A stretch of 64,000 nucleotides of DNA from Syntrophales bacterium (GTDB lineage: Bacteria > Desulfobacterota > Syntrophia > Syntrophales > PHBD01), in NCBI GenBank assembly GCA_963668175.1, contig OY764159.1:2720001-2784000 (forward strand), given 5' to 3'. Positions 49,003 to 57,972 of the stretch are shown one piece after another. The notes below the pieces were generated by a model. It was not told the DNA's origin. It saw nothing but the letters and a program-made list of their open reading frames with translations, and searched no databases. Positions within the stretch are counted from its first letter, which is position 1. Every line of letters begins with the position of its first letter. A program made the translations under genes and the position numbers.

Positions 49003-49031
49003 ATGGTATCGCCTGCAATAAACGGTGTCAA
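49003..49031 (-). promoter_or_regulatory. Sigma70-like promoter
   Basis: TTGACA (49031-49026)-N17-TACCAT (49008-49003). Confidence 0.7.
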
Positions 49032-49102
49032 GCCGAAGGGACCCTGCCCGCGTCGCAGGACGACGCAAAAAATAGATTAGAACGATACGAACAGGAGAGT
49101 AA

Positions 49103-51145
49103 ATGACAGTAGAGACCACAGACAATCGCATTTCCCATGTCGGCGACGGATCGACGATCCAGTTCGCCTTTCCCTTCGGCATTTTCGGCACGGACGATAT
49201 CGTCGTCTATCTGGCAACGGCGGGAGGTTCGAAGGTTCTGCAACAAAGGGGCGTCGACTACGACGTAACCCTTACGAACCCGGACGACCTGCCGTCGCCC
49301 GGCGTGATCACGTTCTGCCAGCTACCGGCGCCTGTGCCGCCGACTCCGCAACAGACCGTGAAGATCGTAAGGACGCTCCCCTACACGCAGGAGATCGAAA
49401 TCACGAACGGCGGGCCGATGCCGGCCGCATCCCTGAACGAAGCCTTCGACCGGGCCGTGATCCTCATGCAGCAGCTCCAGGACCAGCTACGCCAGGCGAC
49501 CATGTCGCTGGGCGAGATCGTGGCTTCGGACTTCTTCAAGCTCCTGGCGGTTTCCGGTAATGCAACGGCCGCAAGGGCGCTCCTTCAAGCCCAGCAACTG
49601 AACAATAACCTGACGGCCCTCTCGGGCCTAAGCGGCGCGGCGAACCTGCTTCCGTACTTCACCGGGACGGGAACGATGACGACGACTCCCCTGTCGTCCT
49701 TCGCCCGTGGCCTTCTTGACGACCAAAGCCCCGCGGCAGCCAGAACAACCCTTCAAGTCGACAATTCCGGAGGCGTGACCTGGAAGCAGCTCGCGTCCGG
49801 GACGGATTTTCAGACGACCTGCCCCACGGCCTCGACCATTACGATGAGCAGCGACCAGACGGCAAACATCAAATTCGGGACGCTCATCAAAGTCAAGATA
49901 AGCGGCGGGTATTATGTGGGCCAGTGCGTGACATGCACGGCCGTTCTCCTCACGGTGTCGGGGGTGGCCCTCAGCACGGGGAGCAACGCTCTACAGGAAC
50001 TCTACTACACGTCGTTTTCGGACATGGAGAGGGACATCCAGCAGGTCACGAAAAGATATTACGCGGCCGACGGTTCCGGGGTCGACACCGTAACGGCGAC
50101 ATTGGACCCGCCTCCTCCGGCCCTGGTGGACAAGATGCATTGCCGGATCGTGGCGGCCGGTAAGAATACGGGGGCGATGACATTCGAGCCCAACGCCCTT
50201 GGGCGGAAAGACATTGTCAAGCTGAACAATGTTCCGATGGCGGAGGGCGACATACCCGGCCAGTATTTCGTCATGGACCTGCAATACAGTTCCGCCCTGG
50301 ATAAATGGGTCATCCTGAACGCCGGCGTTCCCAATGGCGTGATCTCCCAGTCGAAACTTAAGACATCAAGTGAGACTGCCGGTACATTGTCCATCATTTC
50401 GGGCGGCACGGTTGAAAGTAGCTATACGCTGCCGGGGGGCGAGTATGGGTTCATGCCATCGTTTCGTTGTTGGACGAATGAATCCGGGAGATGGCCGGTG
50501 AATTTATATTCGGGGCTTCTTCAGGATTATGACGGCTACACTCTCGGAAATACAAACAAGAACGTGATATACATGAAATTCACCGGCGGTACGATTGCGG
50601 GAACGAGCTGGTTCCAGTGCAACCAAAGATATGTGACGTCCTCCGGCGAAGTTCCCTGGTTCTTTGCCCTTCGCGACAAAACAACAAAGTTCGTCAAGGC
50701 GGCAGTCTTTTCGCTCGATCATCCATGCTTCGGCAACGGCGGCAAGCCTGCTCTCGTTCCTCATCCCTTCCAGACGCCGAAAGACGACGAGGAAATTATC
50801 GTCGTTCACCCGACACCCGAGCAAATAGCTGCGGCGGAGGATTACTCCGTCCGGGGCGATGACGAAGCGGACTATTCTGTGTTGAGATCCCTCCTTGAAT
50901 TGTACGATATTGACGAAGACTCCAAACCGTCCTGGCCGGATGTTCCCGTCACCGTAGGCATCACAAAAGTATTGAGTCCGCAGGGGCGCATGGTCAAGGC
51001 CAATGCGGATAATTTAAAGGCGGTCCCCGAAAACACTCCTATCGAGGTTATAAAGAAGGTCATCCCGCAGACTGAAGGTTTGATCTGCAGGGCCTTCAAG
51101 GCGAAGGAAACGAAAACCGCCAAGGAGGACGCCGTCCATGGATGA
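49103..51145 (+). CDS. Tail fibre protein (T7 gp17-like N-terminal anchor)
   Basis: GDGSTIQFAFPF...IVRTLPYTQ...LNEAFDRAVILMQQL; LSGLSGAANLLPYFTG fibre motif. Confidence 0.88.
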   Translation: MTVETTDNRISHVGDGSTIQFAFPFGIFGTDDIVVYLATAGGSKVLQQRGVDYDVTLTNPDDLPSPGVITFCQLPAPVPPTPQQTVKIVRTLPYTQEIEITNGGPMPAASLNEAFDRAVILMQQLQDQLRQATMSLGEIVASDFFKLLAVSGNATAARALLQAQQLNNNLTALSGLSGAANLLPYFTGTGTMTTTPLSSFARGLLDDQSPAAARTTLQVDNSGGVTWKQLASGTDFQTTCPTASTITMSSDQTANIKFGTLIKVKISGGYYVGQCVTCTAVLLTVSGVALSTGSNALQELYYTSFSDMERDIQQVTKRYYAADGSGVDTVTATLDPPPPALVDKMHCRIVAAGKNTGAMTFEPNALGRKDIVKLNNVPMAEGDIPGQYFVMDLQYSSALDKWVILNAGVPNGVISQSKLKTSSETAGTLSIISGGTVESSYTLPGGEYGFMPSFRCWTNESGRWPVNLYSGLLQDYDGYTLGNTNKNVIYMKFTGGTIAGTSWFQCNQRYVTSSGEVPWFFALRDKTTKFVKAAVFSLDHPCFGNGGKPALVPHPFQTPKDDEEIIVVHPTPEQIAAAEDYSVRGDDEADYSVLRSLLELYDIDEDSKPSWPDVPVTVGITKVLSPQGRMVKANADNLKAVPENTPIEVIKKVIPQTEGLICRAFKAKETKTAKEDAVHG

Positions 51146-51449
51146 GATCAAGGTAACCTGGAACCTCGTGCTGTCGGGCCTGATGTTCCCCCTGCTCATT
51201 TACATGGTCAATAAGTTGGGGAAGGACGCGGCGGCCCGGAGCGCCGAGATGAAGAACCAGATCGCCGAGGTGACCGCGTGCGTCAACAAGATCAAGGTGG
51301 CCATGGCGGGCAAGCTGGACCGCGAGGAACACGACAACCGGTGCGAGGAAAGACTGAACGACCTCTGGGACCGCGTCCATTTCCATAGCCACAAGGGGCT
51401 CAAGGACGAAGAGGGAGAAGTCGTCATCACCGCAGGAGGGAGAAGATAA
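51138..51449 (+). CDS. Single-TM coiled-coil protein of the lysis cassette
   Basis: N-terminal TM; directly precedes the amidase. Confidence 0.6.
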   Translation: MDEIKVTWNLVLSGLMFPLLIYMVNKLGKDAAARSAEMKNQIAEVTACVNKIKVAMAGKLDREEHDNRCEERLNDLWDRVHFHSHKGLKDEEGEVVITAGGRR

Positions 51450-51889
51450 TGAGACCGAGGAAAAAGAAAACGGCGGAAGCCGCCGCCGAAGGCATGAGGC
51501 CCGTCAACGGGCTGGTTGTCCACTGTTCCGCAACGCCGAACGGCAAGGAATACCACGCCGCCGACATCGACCGCTGGCACAAGGCGCGGGGCTGGAACGG
51601 CATCGGCTATCATTTCGTGGTCGCCCTCGACGGCTCCGTCGAGGCGGGCCGGCCGGTGGAAGAGATCGGCGCCCACGTCGAAGGCCACAACCAGGACAGC
51701 ATAGGCATCTGCCTCATCGGGACGGACGAGTTCAATTCGCTGCAGCATGTGGCCCTGGCGCGGCTGCTGGCCGATCTCAAGAAACGGTTTCCGGCCGCCG
51801 ACATATGCGGCCACCGGGATTTCCCCGATGTCCAAAAACTGTGTCCCGGCTTCGACGTCAGGACGTGGTGCAGGGATTACGGCCTATGA
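51449..51889 (+). CDS. Endolysin, N-acetylmuramoyl-L-alanine amidase (T7 lysozyme-like)
   Basis: VVHCSAT, GWNGIGYHFVV, GAHVEGHN..SIGICLIG, GHRD...KLCPGFDV. Confidence 0.95.
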   Translation: MRPRKKKTAEAAAEGMRPVNGLVVHCSATPNGKEYHAADIDRWHKARGWNGIGYHFVVALDGSVEAGRPVEEIGAHVEGHNQDSIGICLIGTDEFNSLQHVALARLLADLKKRFPAADICGHRDFPDVQKLCPGFDVRTWCRDYGL

Positions 51890-52437
51890 TCGACCGTTAC
51901 GACGAATGCAGAGACCGCATGCGCACGGGCGACATTCTGCTCTGGCACAGCAATTCGCTCCTCGGCGCGCTGATCCGGATGAAGACGGGCGGCGACGAGA
52001 ACCACGCCTCCATGATCATCCGCCTCCAGGAGTACGAGGGCAGGGAGCAGCGGCGGTACCACACGGAGGCCATGGAAAACGGCGTCTGCCCGAACCTCCT
52101 GTCCGTCCGGGTGAAGGGCTTCGACGGCAGGGTCTGGTGGCTGCCGCTGAAAGAAGAATACGAAGGGAGGCGCGCCGAGATCGGCGCCAGGCTGACGGAG
52201 GTCTGGGGCAGGCCCTACGACTACGGCTCGCTCTTCTGGCAGATCGTCGGGAAGGTCTCCGTCGAGACGCGGCGGATGTTCTGCTCGGAGGTCATCGACT
52301 ACGCCATGGGGCACACGGGCGAAGCGGCCAACCCCCACGAGCTTTTGAGCCGGGGATACCATAAGGACCAAATCCTGATCTGGGAGAACATGGTCCCTGC
52401 AACTTACAACATTCCAAAGGGGACATCGGAGGTGTGA
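51886..52437 (+). CDS. Permuted papain-like NlpC/P60 (YiiX/YebB-like) protein
   Basis: TGDILL...NHASM...GRPYDY...FCSEVI (His precedes Cys). Confidence 0.78.
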   Translation: MIDRYDECRDRMRTGDILLWHSNSLLGALIRMKTGGDENHASMIIRLQEYEGREQRRYHTEAMENGVCPNLLSVRVKGFDGRVWWLPLKEEYEGRRAEIGARLTEVWGRPYDYGSLFWQIVGKVSVETRRMFCSEVIDYAMGHTGEAANPHELLSRGYHKDQILIWENMVPATYNIPKGTSEV

Positions 52438-52438
52438 A

Positions 52439-52852
52439 ATGAAAAAGAAGATTCTGCTGCTGGTTTCGGCGCTCCTTGTCCTTGCGGGATGCGCCGGCAT
52501 CCAGGTATCGACGACGCCGTCTGCGGACGTATCGATTGCCTACAAACACGGCAGGGCCATCGGGGCCGGTCTGGCCCTGGCGTATCCGGACCAGGTCGCG
52601 GCCGCGCTGCCCTACGTCCGGGGGCTTTACGCCGTGGCGAAGGACGGCACGATCACGGACGCCCAGGTGGCGAAGGCCCTGGCCCTGGTAGCGGAGAAGC
52701 TCGGCGGGAACGCCGCGCTCAAGGCGTCCATCGCCGTCGTGACGTCGGAAATCGGCCTTACGGTCAAAACGGGGACAGTGAACCCGAATCTCGTCGACGC
52801 CCTGCAGGGGGCCATCGACGGGATCTCCGCCTTCAAGGAGGTCAAGACATGA
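52439..52852 (+). CDS. Phage lipoprotein
   Basis: MKKKILLLVSALLVLAGC lipobox. Confidence 0.75.
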   Translation: MKKKILLLVSALLVLAGCAGIQVSTTPSADVSIAYKHGRAIGAGLALAYPDQVAAALPYVRGLYAVAKDGTITDAQVAKALALVAEKLGGNAALKASIAVVTSEIGLTVKTGTVNPNLVDALQGAIDGISAFKEVKT

Positions 52853-53025
52853 AGAACTGGAAAACGACGCTGGCGGGCTGTGTCTCCGCCGCCATCTATG
52901 CCGTCATCGCCGCCGTGCAGGCGGGAAGGATCGACCCGAAGGACCTGGCCGTCGCCGGGGGGCTTGCGGCCCTCGGCATCCTGGCGAAGGACCTGAACGT
53001 CACGGGAGGTTCCGTATCCCAGTAA
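52849..53025 (+). CDS. Small holin-like protein
   Basis: MKNWKTTLAG...GILAKD, 2 TM, AAGGAGG RBS. Confidence 0.68.
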   Translation: MKNWKTTLAGCVSAAIYAVIAAVQAGRIDPKDLAVAGGLAALGILAKDLNVTGGSVSQ

Positions 53026-53262
53026 ACCGGACACTGTAACTGCATCATCGATAGCCGCCCCTCCCGCACCGACGGGAACGGGGGCATGTCGGGGGCGTCC
53101 CGCCGGAAGCCGGAAACGGGCGGCGGAACGATACGGGGAGCTTTGCGCCCCGCCCTGGGACAAAAGAAGAAAACCTGCAACCAATGGAGCCCGCCGGGAA
53201 TCCGGCCTTAACCCACCAAACCGTTCGCTCCGATGGAGACGATAGAGTCAAGGGAGGATGTC

Positions 53263-53757
53263 ATGAAGAAGACGGCAATAGGCATTGCGATACTGTTAAC
53301 CTTTATCACGGCCGGTGTGTGCATGGCGCAGGGACAAGTCACGGTCGGCGCGCCGCAGCAGATCCTTGTGGACCAGTCGAGCTGCGCGGGACACGCCGCG
53401 GACAATATCAAAAAGACGATCACGATCAGTTGGAGGGGGGATTTGGCCGACGGGACGATTCCCGCGACGCCGATCCCGAGCACGGGCGTCCTGGGCTGGT
53501 ATCTCTATACGGTCGAGACCGTTCCGGGAAGCACGGCGCCTACCAGCGGATACGGCATCACGATCAAGAACAGCCACGGCATCGACCTGATGGACGGAAA
53601 CCTGGCGAACCGCAGCGCGTCGGCGGCGCAGCTGGTGAACGCGGGGGCGGGCGCATTCGGGTATCCCCTCGTCATGGGCGACCTGACCTTCGCGATCACG
53701 GGAAACTCTGTGCAGAACAGCACGGGGACCGTCATCTTAACCTTTTTGCCCGAATGA
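53263..53757 (+). CDS. Signal-peptide-bearing beta-rich protein
   Basis: GGAGG RBS; MKKTAIGIAILLTFITAGVCMA. Confidence 0.72.
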   Translation: MKKTAIGIAILLTFITAGVCMAQGQVTVGAPQQILVDQSSCAGHAADNIKKTITISWRGDLADGTIPATPIPSTGVLGWYLYTVETVPGSTAPTSGYGITIKNSHGIDLMDGNLANRSASAAQLVNAGAGAFGYPLVMGDLTFAITGNSVQNSTGTVILTFLPE

Positions 53758-53769
53758 CGGAGGTGCGCC

Positions 53770-54861
53770 ATGAAAAAAAGAATCTCGATCTGTCTGGCTT
53801 TGATTATCATGTTCGCGGCGACGGCTTACGCCCTGCCGCCGCTTCCCCGCGAGGCCTCCGGAACGGACAGCCGCCTGACGAGCTGTTCCGCCTCCGGCAT
53901 GGGCCCCCTCTGGGACGGCACCATCTTTGCCTGCACGTCCGGCACCGGCTTCGGGTATTATAACGCAGGCGTCCTCAGTTACCTGACCGGCGCATCGGCC
54001 CGTTCGGCGATGGGGCTTGCCATCGGCACGGACGTCCAGGCCTATTCGGCCAATCTCGCAACCTACGCGGCTATCGCGCCCTCGGCGAACGTCCAGACGC
54101 TATTGGGCTCCGCGAATTATGCGGCGTTCAGGACATCGCTGGGAGTCGTTCCGGGAACAGACGTCCAGGCTTACAGTTCGCTCCTGAATGCGCTTTCCGG
54201 CCTCACGCCCGACGCGGGCAAACCCATCGTCGGCAACGGCTCGACCTTCGTCATGGCCGCAAACGCCCTGACGACAGATAACGCCACAGCCAATCACTTG
54301 CTCAAGAAAGACGGTTCCGGCTATGTGGCGAACGCGACGGCGGGGACGGACTATCCCGGCCTTACGTCCTCGAACACGTTTACCGGCGCAAACCAGATCG
54401 GCGATACGTCGAGCAACAATCTCCAGAAGGTCATCCTGAAGAAAGCCACATCCATGGCAAACGGCGACTGGCAGGGGACGGCCATCCTCGGCACGGCCGG
54501 TGAAGCCCTCAGCCAGGGCGATGTTGTCTACAAGAAATACAACAACTCGGCCTGGAAATATTACAAATACAACGCGGGCGGGACCGATAAGCTGATCATC
54601 CCCTCCGGAATCGCGACGGCCGCGATTGCATCGGGATCGGACGGCGTCATTCTGGTTCAAGGCGTCATGCGCTACGATTCGTGGTCCTCGTTGTCCTACA
54701 CTGCCGATGCCGCCGTGACCGTTTATGCTTCCACGACCGCCGGTGCCCCCGCGACGACTGTGCCTGCGAATTCCGGCAATGAGGTCGTCGTTGTCGGCGT
54801 CCTGGTCGGTACAAACACCATCGAAACGATGTTCGGCGCCACCTGGGTGGAGGTGAAATGA
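53770..54861 (+). CDS. Signal-peptide-bearing protein with fibre-like repeats and a cement-like C-terminus
   Basis: MKKRISICLAL...AYA; GTDVQAYS twice; AGEALSQGDVVY...GIATAAIASG. Confidence 0.72.
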   Translation: MKKRISICLALIIMFAATAYALPPLPREASGTDSRLTSCSASGMGPLWDGTIFACTSGTGFGYYNAGVLSYLTGASARSAMGLAIGTDVQAYSANLATYAAIAPSANVQTLLGSANYAAFRTSLGVVPGTDVQAYSSLLNALSGLTPDAGKPIVGNGSTFVMAANALTTDNATANHLLKKDGSGYVANATAGTDYPGLTSSNTFTGANQIGDTSSNNLQKVILKKATSMANGDWQGTAILGTAGEALSQGDVVYKKYNNSAWKYYKYNAGGTDKLIIPSGIATAAIASGSDGVILVQGVMRYDSWSSLSYTADAAVTVYASTTAGAPATTVPANSGNEVVVVGVLVGTNTIETMFGATWVEVK

Positions 54862-55652
54862 TGAAACGCCTTATTCCATTCATCGCCGCCCTGCTGATCC
54901 TCTGCGGATCGGCCTATGCCGAGACGCAGAAGGTCACCGGCATCGATCAGCCGCAGCAGGCCATGGGCATGCCCTGGTTCACCGGCACCCAGACGGTCGG
55001 CAAGGTCAGCGGCCAGACGGCTTCGACGGCCTCTGAATGCGGCACGTATGAATTACTCTGTGAAAATTTTGAAAACGTCGGAACGCCTACGGGATGGTTA
55101 GGGTTGGTTAATAGCTATGATTTTGTAAACACCACGGCCCCTTTGCGCGGTTCAAAGTCACTTAAATTAATATGCGGTAATTCGTGTTCTGTGCTCGGTT
55201 CTGTTCAGGCCCCGTCTTTCACGGCCCAAAATACCGTTTACGGACACTTCATGGTTCAGTTTAACGGATCCACCGTATATGGATCACCCGATATCGTAGC
55301 TGTTTACAATTCAACAACTCTCCTTGCTCATGCCTGGTTGAATTATGACAACACTATAGGGATAAGACACGGGTTGGGTACACCTGCCTATACACCGGCT
55401 ATAAATTTTGGGACAACGTATCATTTCTATTGGAAGTATTCAAAGGGGACGGGGAGCAATGGCATATTGCAGATATGGCTTGGAACGTCAAAGGATAGAG
55501 CATCGGCCACGCTGACGGCATCCTGTCCGGACGGTACAGCCACGGCGCAAGCCGATAATATTAGGCACACCTACGGAGGTGGGGACGCGACATGTTTCAC
55601 TTACATAGACCAGGATTACATTTCAGCGACAGAATTTACGACGGTGCCGTGA
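54858..55652 (+). CDS. Signal-peptide-bearing protein with a lectin/LamG-like beta domain
   Basis: MKRLIPFIAALLILCGSAYA; CENFE...GILQIW...YID. Confidence 0.65.
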   Translation: MMKRLIPFIAALLILCGSAYAETQKVTGIDQPQQAMGMPWFTGTQTVGKVSGQTASTASECGTYELLCENFENVGTPTGWLGLVNSYDFVNTTAPLRGSKSLKLICGNSCSVLGSVQAPSFTAQNTVYGHFMVQFNGSTVYGSPDIVAVYNSTTLLAHAWLNYDNTIGIRHGLGTPAYTPAINFGTTYHFYWKYSKGTGSNGILQIWLGTSKDRASATLTASCPDGTATAQADNIRHTYGGGDATCFTYIDQDYISATEFTTVP

Positions 55653-57133
55653 TGAAAAAAATAATATTCATAATTGCCTTTGTCTTGCTTCCGTCGCTGG
55701 TCTTTGCCGATGTAACCGTTACGCAGAGCGGGACCAAGACGCATGGAAGTCTGCAAACTATATCCATATCCGGGGGGTCTTTCGGGACAGGTCCAACGAA
55801 GTCAAATATAAACTGGCTCCAAGATACTATCGAATCATGCTCGAATGGAAATACCCTTTCGTCTTATGGCGAAACGGGGGCCGGTAAATGCGTCATGCCG
55901 TCAGGGTGGACAGCTTGCACAGAGGGTGGAGAATGTGTCAGGCCGACCATCACGACAACCTCGCCGGTCGGCGGGGTTTACACAAAGAGTATCCATGCTT
56001 ATGTATCGGGGGGTAGTGTTCACAATTCAAGTTGGTATCACTCTCAGGCTGGCAGCGATCAATTGTTAGCCTTTTTTAAGGTCCGGGTAGCTATTGCCGG
56101 GGCGTCGGACAACGTCGAATGGAAACTGTTTAGAGCGTCCAAGGACATATCATGGGCTGCCGATGTCGGCACCTATATGACATCATGTGTCGGGCTGCTC
56201 GGTACGATTACAACAGTACCCTGTGGTTCACCATATGTTGCTGCCTATAATTATTGCGGCTCAGTCGGGGACGGATATGGATTCAAGGTCAAGCAAGACG
56301 GCGTTACGCAGGGAACGCCGCGAGCCTGTTACTGTAATTCCAGTGGATGCTCGACATCAGACGAACCCCATACAACATTCGGCGACGGGACGGCCTATAT
56401 AACAACGTCCTCCGATTGGTATACATTCATCGTTCAGTCAAAAGAATCTGCTTCCGGATCGCTTGATGGGGCAATAACAATATGGGTCCAGCGGGGAACC
56501 GGACACCCGGTTAAGTTCTTTGACGCGAACGCCACCATGACGCGACACGACGCCTCTCAATGGGTAGCGTTCATGGCACAAAACTATTTTAACAGCATCA
56601 CTACTGCCTACATAGATTGGGCCTCTCTCTATGTCCAGTGGGGAAGTTGGGCGCGAGTAGAATTGGTGGACGGCACGTCAGACGCTACAATCACCCACAC
56701 GGAAATTCAGAACCTTAGCGATGCTTCTGCGAGTTGGTCTACGAGCCAAATACAGGTGCCTTTAAATCGCGGTGCCATCGCCGCAGACGCTACAAATCTT
56801 CGCTTCCGTGTCACCCTTGCCGATGGCACTCAATATAATTCTGATTCCTTTAATTTGGGAACTATTCAATACAATCTCAACGTCACCAATGCTGGCCACG
56901 GCACGGTGACGAGTTCACCTTCGGGCATTAACTGCGGAACGGCGTGTTCGGCGAGTTTCGATTCGGGAACGGCTGTCACGCTCACGGCAACTCCGGATAG
57001 CGGATATGGCGTGACTTGGTCAGGCGATTGCGATTCGACGGGGCATGTGACGATGAGCGCAGCCAAAACGTGTACGGCGACGTTCTCTCCGCTACCGGTA
57101 CAGTACCTGCCCTGGGTCGCGACGCAACAGTGA
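55652..57133 (+). CDS. Signal-peptide-bearing protein with a C-terminal InlB B-repeat-like domain
   Basis: MKKIIFIIAFVLLPSLVFA; GTVTSSPSGINCGTACSASFDSGTAVTLTATP...WSGDC...VTMSAAKTCTATF. Confidence 0.75.
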   Translation: MKKIIFIIAFVLLPSLVFADVTVTQSGTKTHGSLQTISISGGSFGTGPTKSNINWLQDTIESCSNGNTLSSYGETGAGKCVMPSGWTACTEGGECVRPTITTTSPVGGVYTKSIHAYVSGGSVHNSSWYHSQAGSDQLLAFFKVRVAIAGASDNVEWKLFRASKDISWAADVGTYMTSCVGLLGTITTVPCGSPYVAAYNYCGSVGDGYGFKVKQDGVTQGTPRACYCNSSGCSTSDEPHTTFGDGTAYITTSSDWYTFIVQSKESASGSLDGAITIWVQRGTGHPVKFFDANATMTRHDASQWVAFMAQNYFNSITTAYIDWASLYVQWGSWARVELVDGTSDATITHTEIQNLSDASASWSTSQIQVPLNRGAIAADATNLRFRVTLADGTQYNSDSFNLGTIQYNLNVTNAGHGTVTSSPSGINCGTACSASFDSGTAVTLTATPDSGYGVTWSGDCDSTGHVTMSAAKTCTATFSPLPVQYLPWVATQQ

Positions 57134-57163
57134 GGGGAGGGACGTGCAGTCCGGTAATGAAAC

Positions 57164-57194
57164 GCCTCCGGCCTTTATGTGAAAGGCCGGAGGC
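57164..57194. terminator. Hairpin between the phage module and convergent host genes
   Basis: GCCTCCGGCCTTT-atgtg-AAAGGCCGGAGGC. Confidence 0.65.
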
Positions 57195-57309
57195 CCGTGC
57201 ATGCCTGCCGACGTGTGTCGCGCCCATAGATGTCGGCTTGGCGACGGATTCGGGGCCGGGGAAGCGCAAATGGCAGTCGCAAAAATCCGACGCTCGTTTG
57301 AGAACGGAT

Positions 57310-57771
57310 TCAGGGCTGCTGCGGTTTCTTCATGAACCCGTAGTTCATGGCCCCTGTCTGGAAGTAGAACTTCCATTCGCCGGAGGGCATCTTCGTGAAG
57401 ATCTTGCAGATGCGGCCCTTCCAGTGGTTGTCCTTCCCGGTTGCCTTGTGCCGCCAGAGGGTGTCGATGTCGACGACGGCGAAGGCGCCGTCCTCTTCCG
57501 GCGCGATCTCGATGCGCACCGTCCGGCGGACGTTGTGGACGAGTTCGTGGGTGTCGAAAAGCTCCTGCCAGCCCTGCCGCCATTTCTCACGGTCGAAGCG
57601 GCCCACGACGAAGACCCAGTCGACGGGGTCGTGGGCGTCGGAAGTCGGCGGCCACGGCCAGACCATATCCGGATGGATCATGGACAGGAAAGGCTCCGGA
57701 TTTTTGGTATTCCAGCCCTCCGTCTCCAGGTCGACGAGGGCCTGGATCTCTTTGACGACCATTTCTCTCAT
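57310..57771 (-). CDS. NTF2/SnoaL-like protein
   Basis: IHPDMVWPWP...AFAVVDIDTLW...WKFYFQTG. Confidence 0.7.
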   Translation of the reverse strand: MREMVVKEIQALVDLETEGWNTKNPEPFLSMIHPDMVWPWPPTSDAHDPVDWVFVVGRFDREKWRQGWQELFDTHELVHNVRRTVRIEIAPEEDGAFAVVDIDTLWRHKATGKDNHWKGRICKIFTKMPSGEWKFYFQTGAMNYGFMKKPQQP

Positions 57772-57972
57772 GCAATACTCCCGATATTCCGGTTGCTGCG
57801 GCCACATTCCCGGCGGTATCCCCGCGCCGCAGCGTGACGGGTTCGACGACGGCCATATCGCGACGCCGTATGACGGGCGCGACGCACGGCATGGTTCCCG
57901 CCGCCCATGGACGTCTTGACGGGCCGCGTTTCGAGGGAAATGTCATAAGCGCCGGGCGAAGGCGGCCTGCCG

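Larger units (their letters stand above)
27796..57194 (+). mobile_element. Podovirus-like (T7/BPP-1-type) virion morphogenesis and lysis module; prophage or prophage remnant
   Basis: Contiguous co-oriented TerS-TerL-portal-scaffold-capsid-tail A/B-internal proteins-fibre-lysis order; no integrase or att site recognised. Confidence 0.88.

Noticed and set aside
57134..57310. Prophage attR or tRNA integration site
   Set aside because: No tRNA and no direct repeat shared with the left flank could be found by eye.
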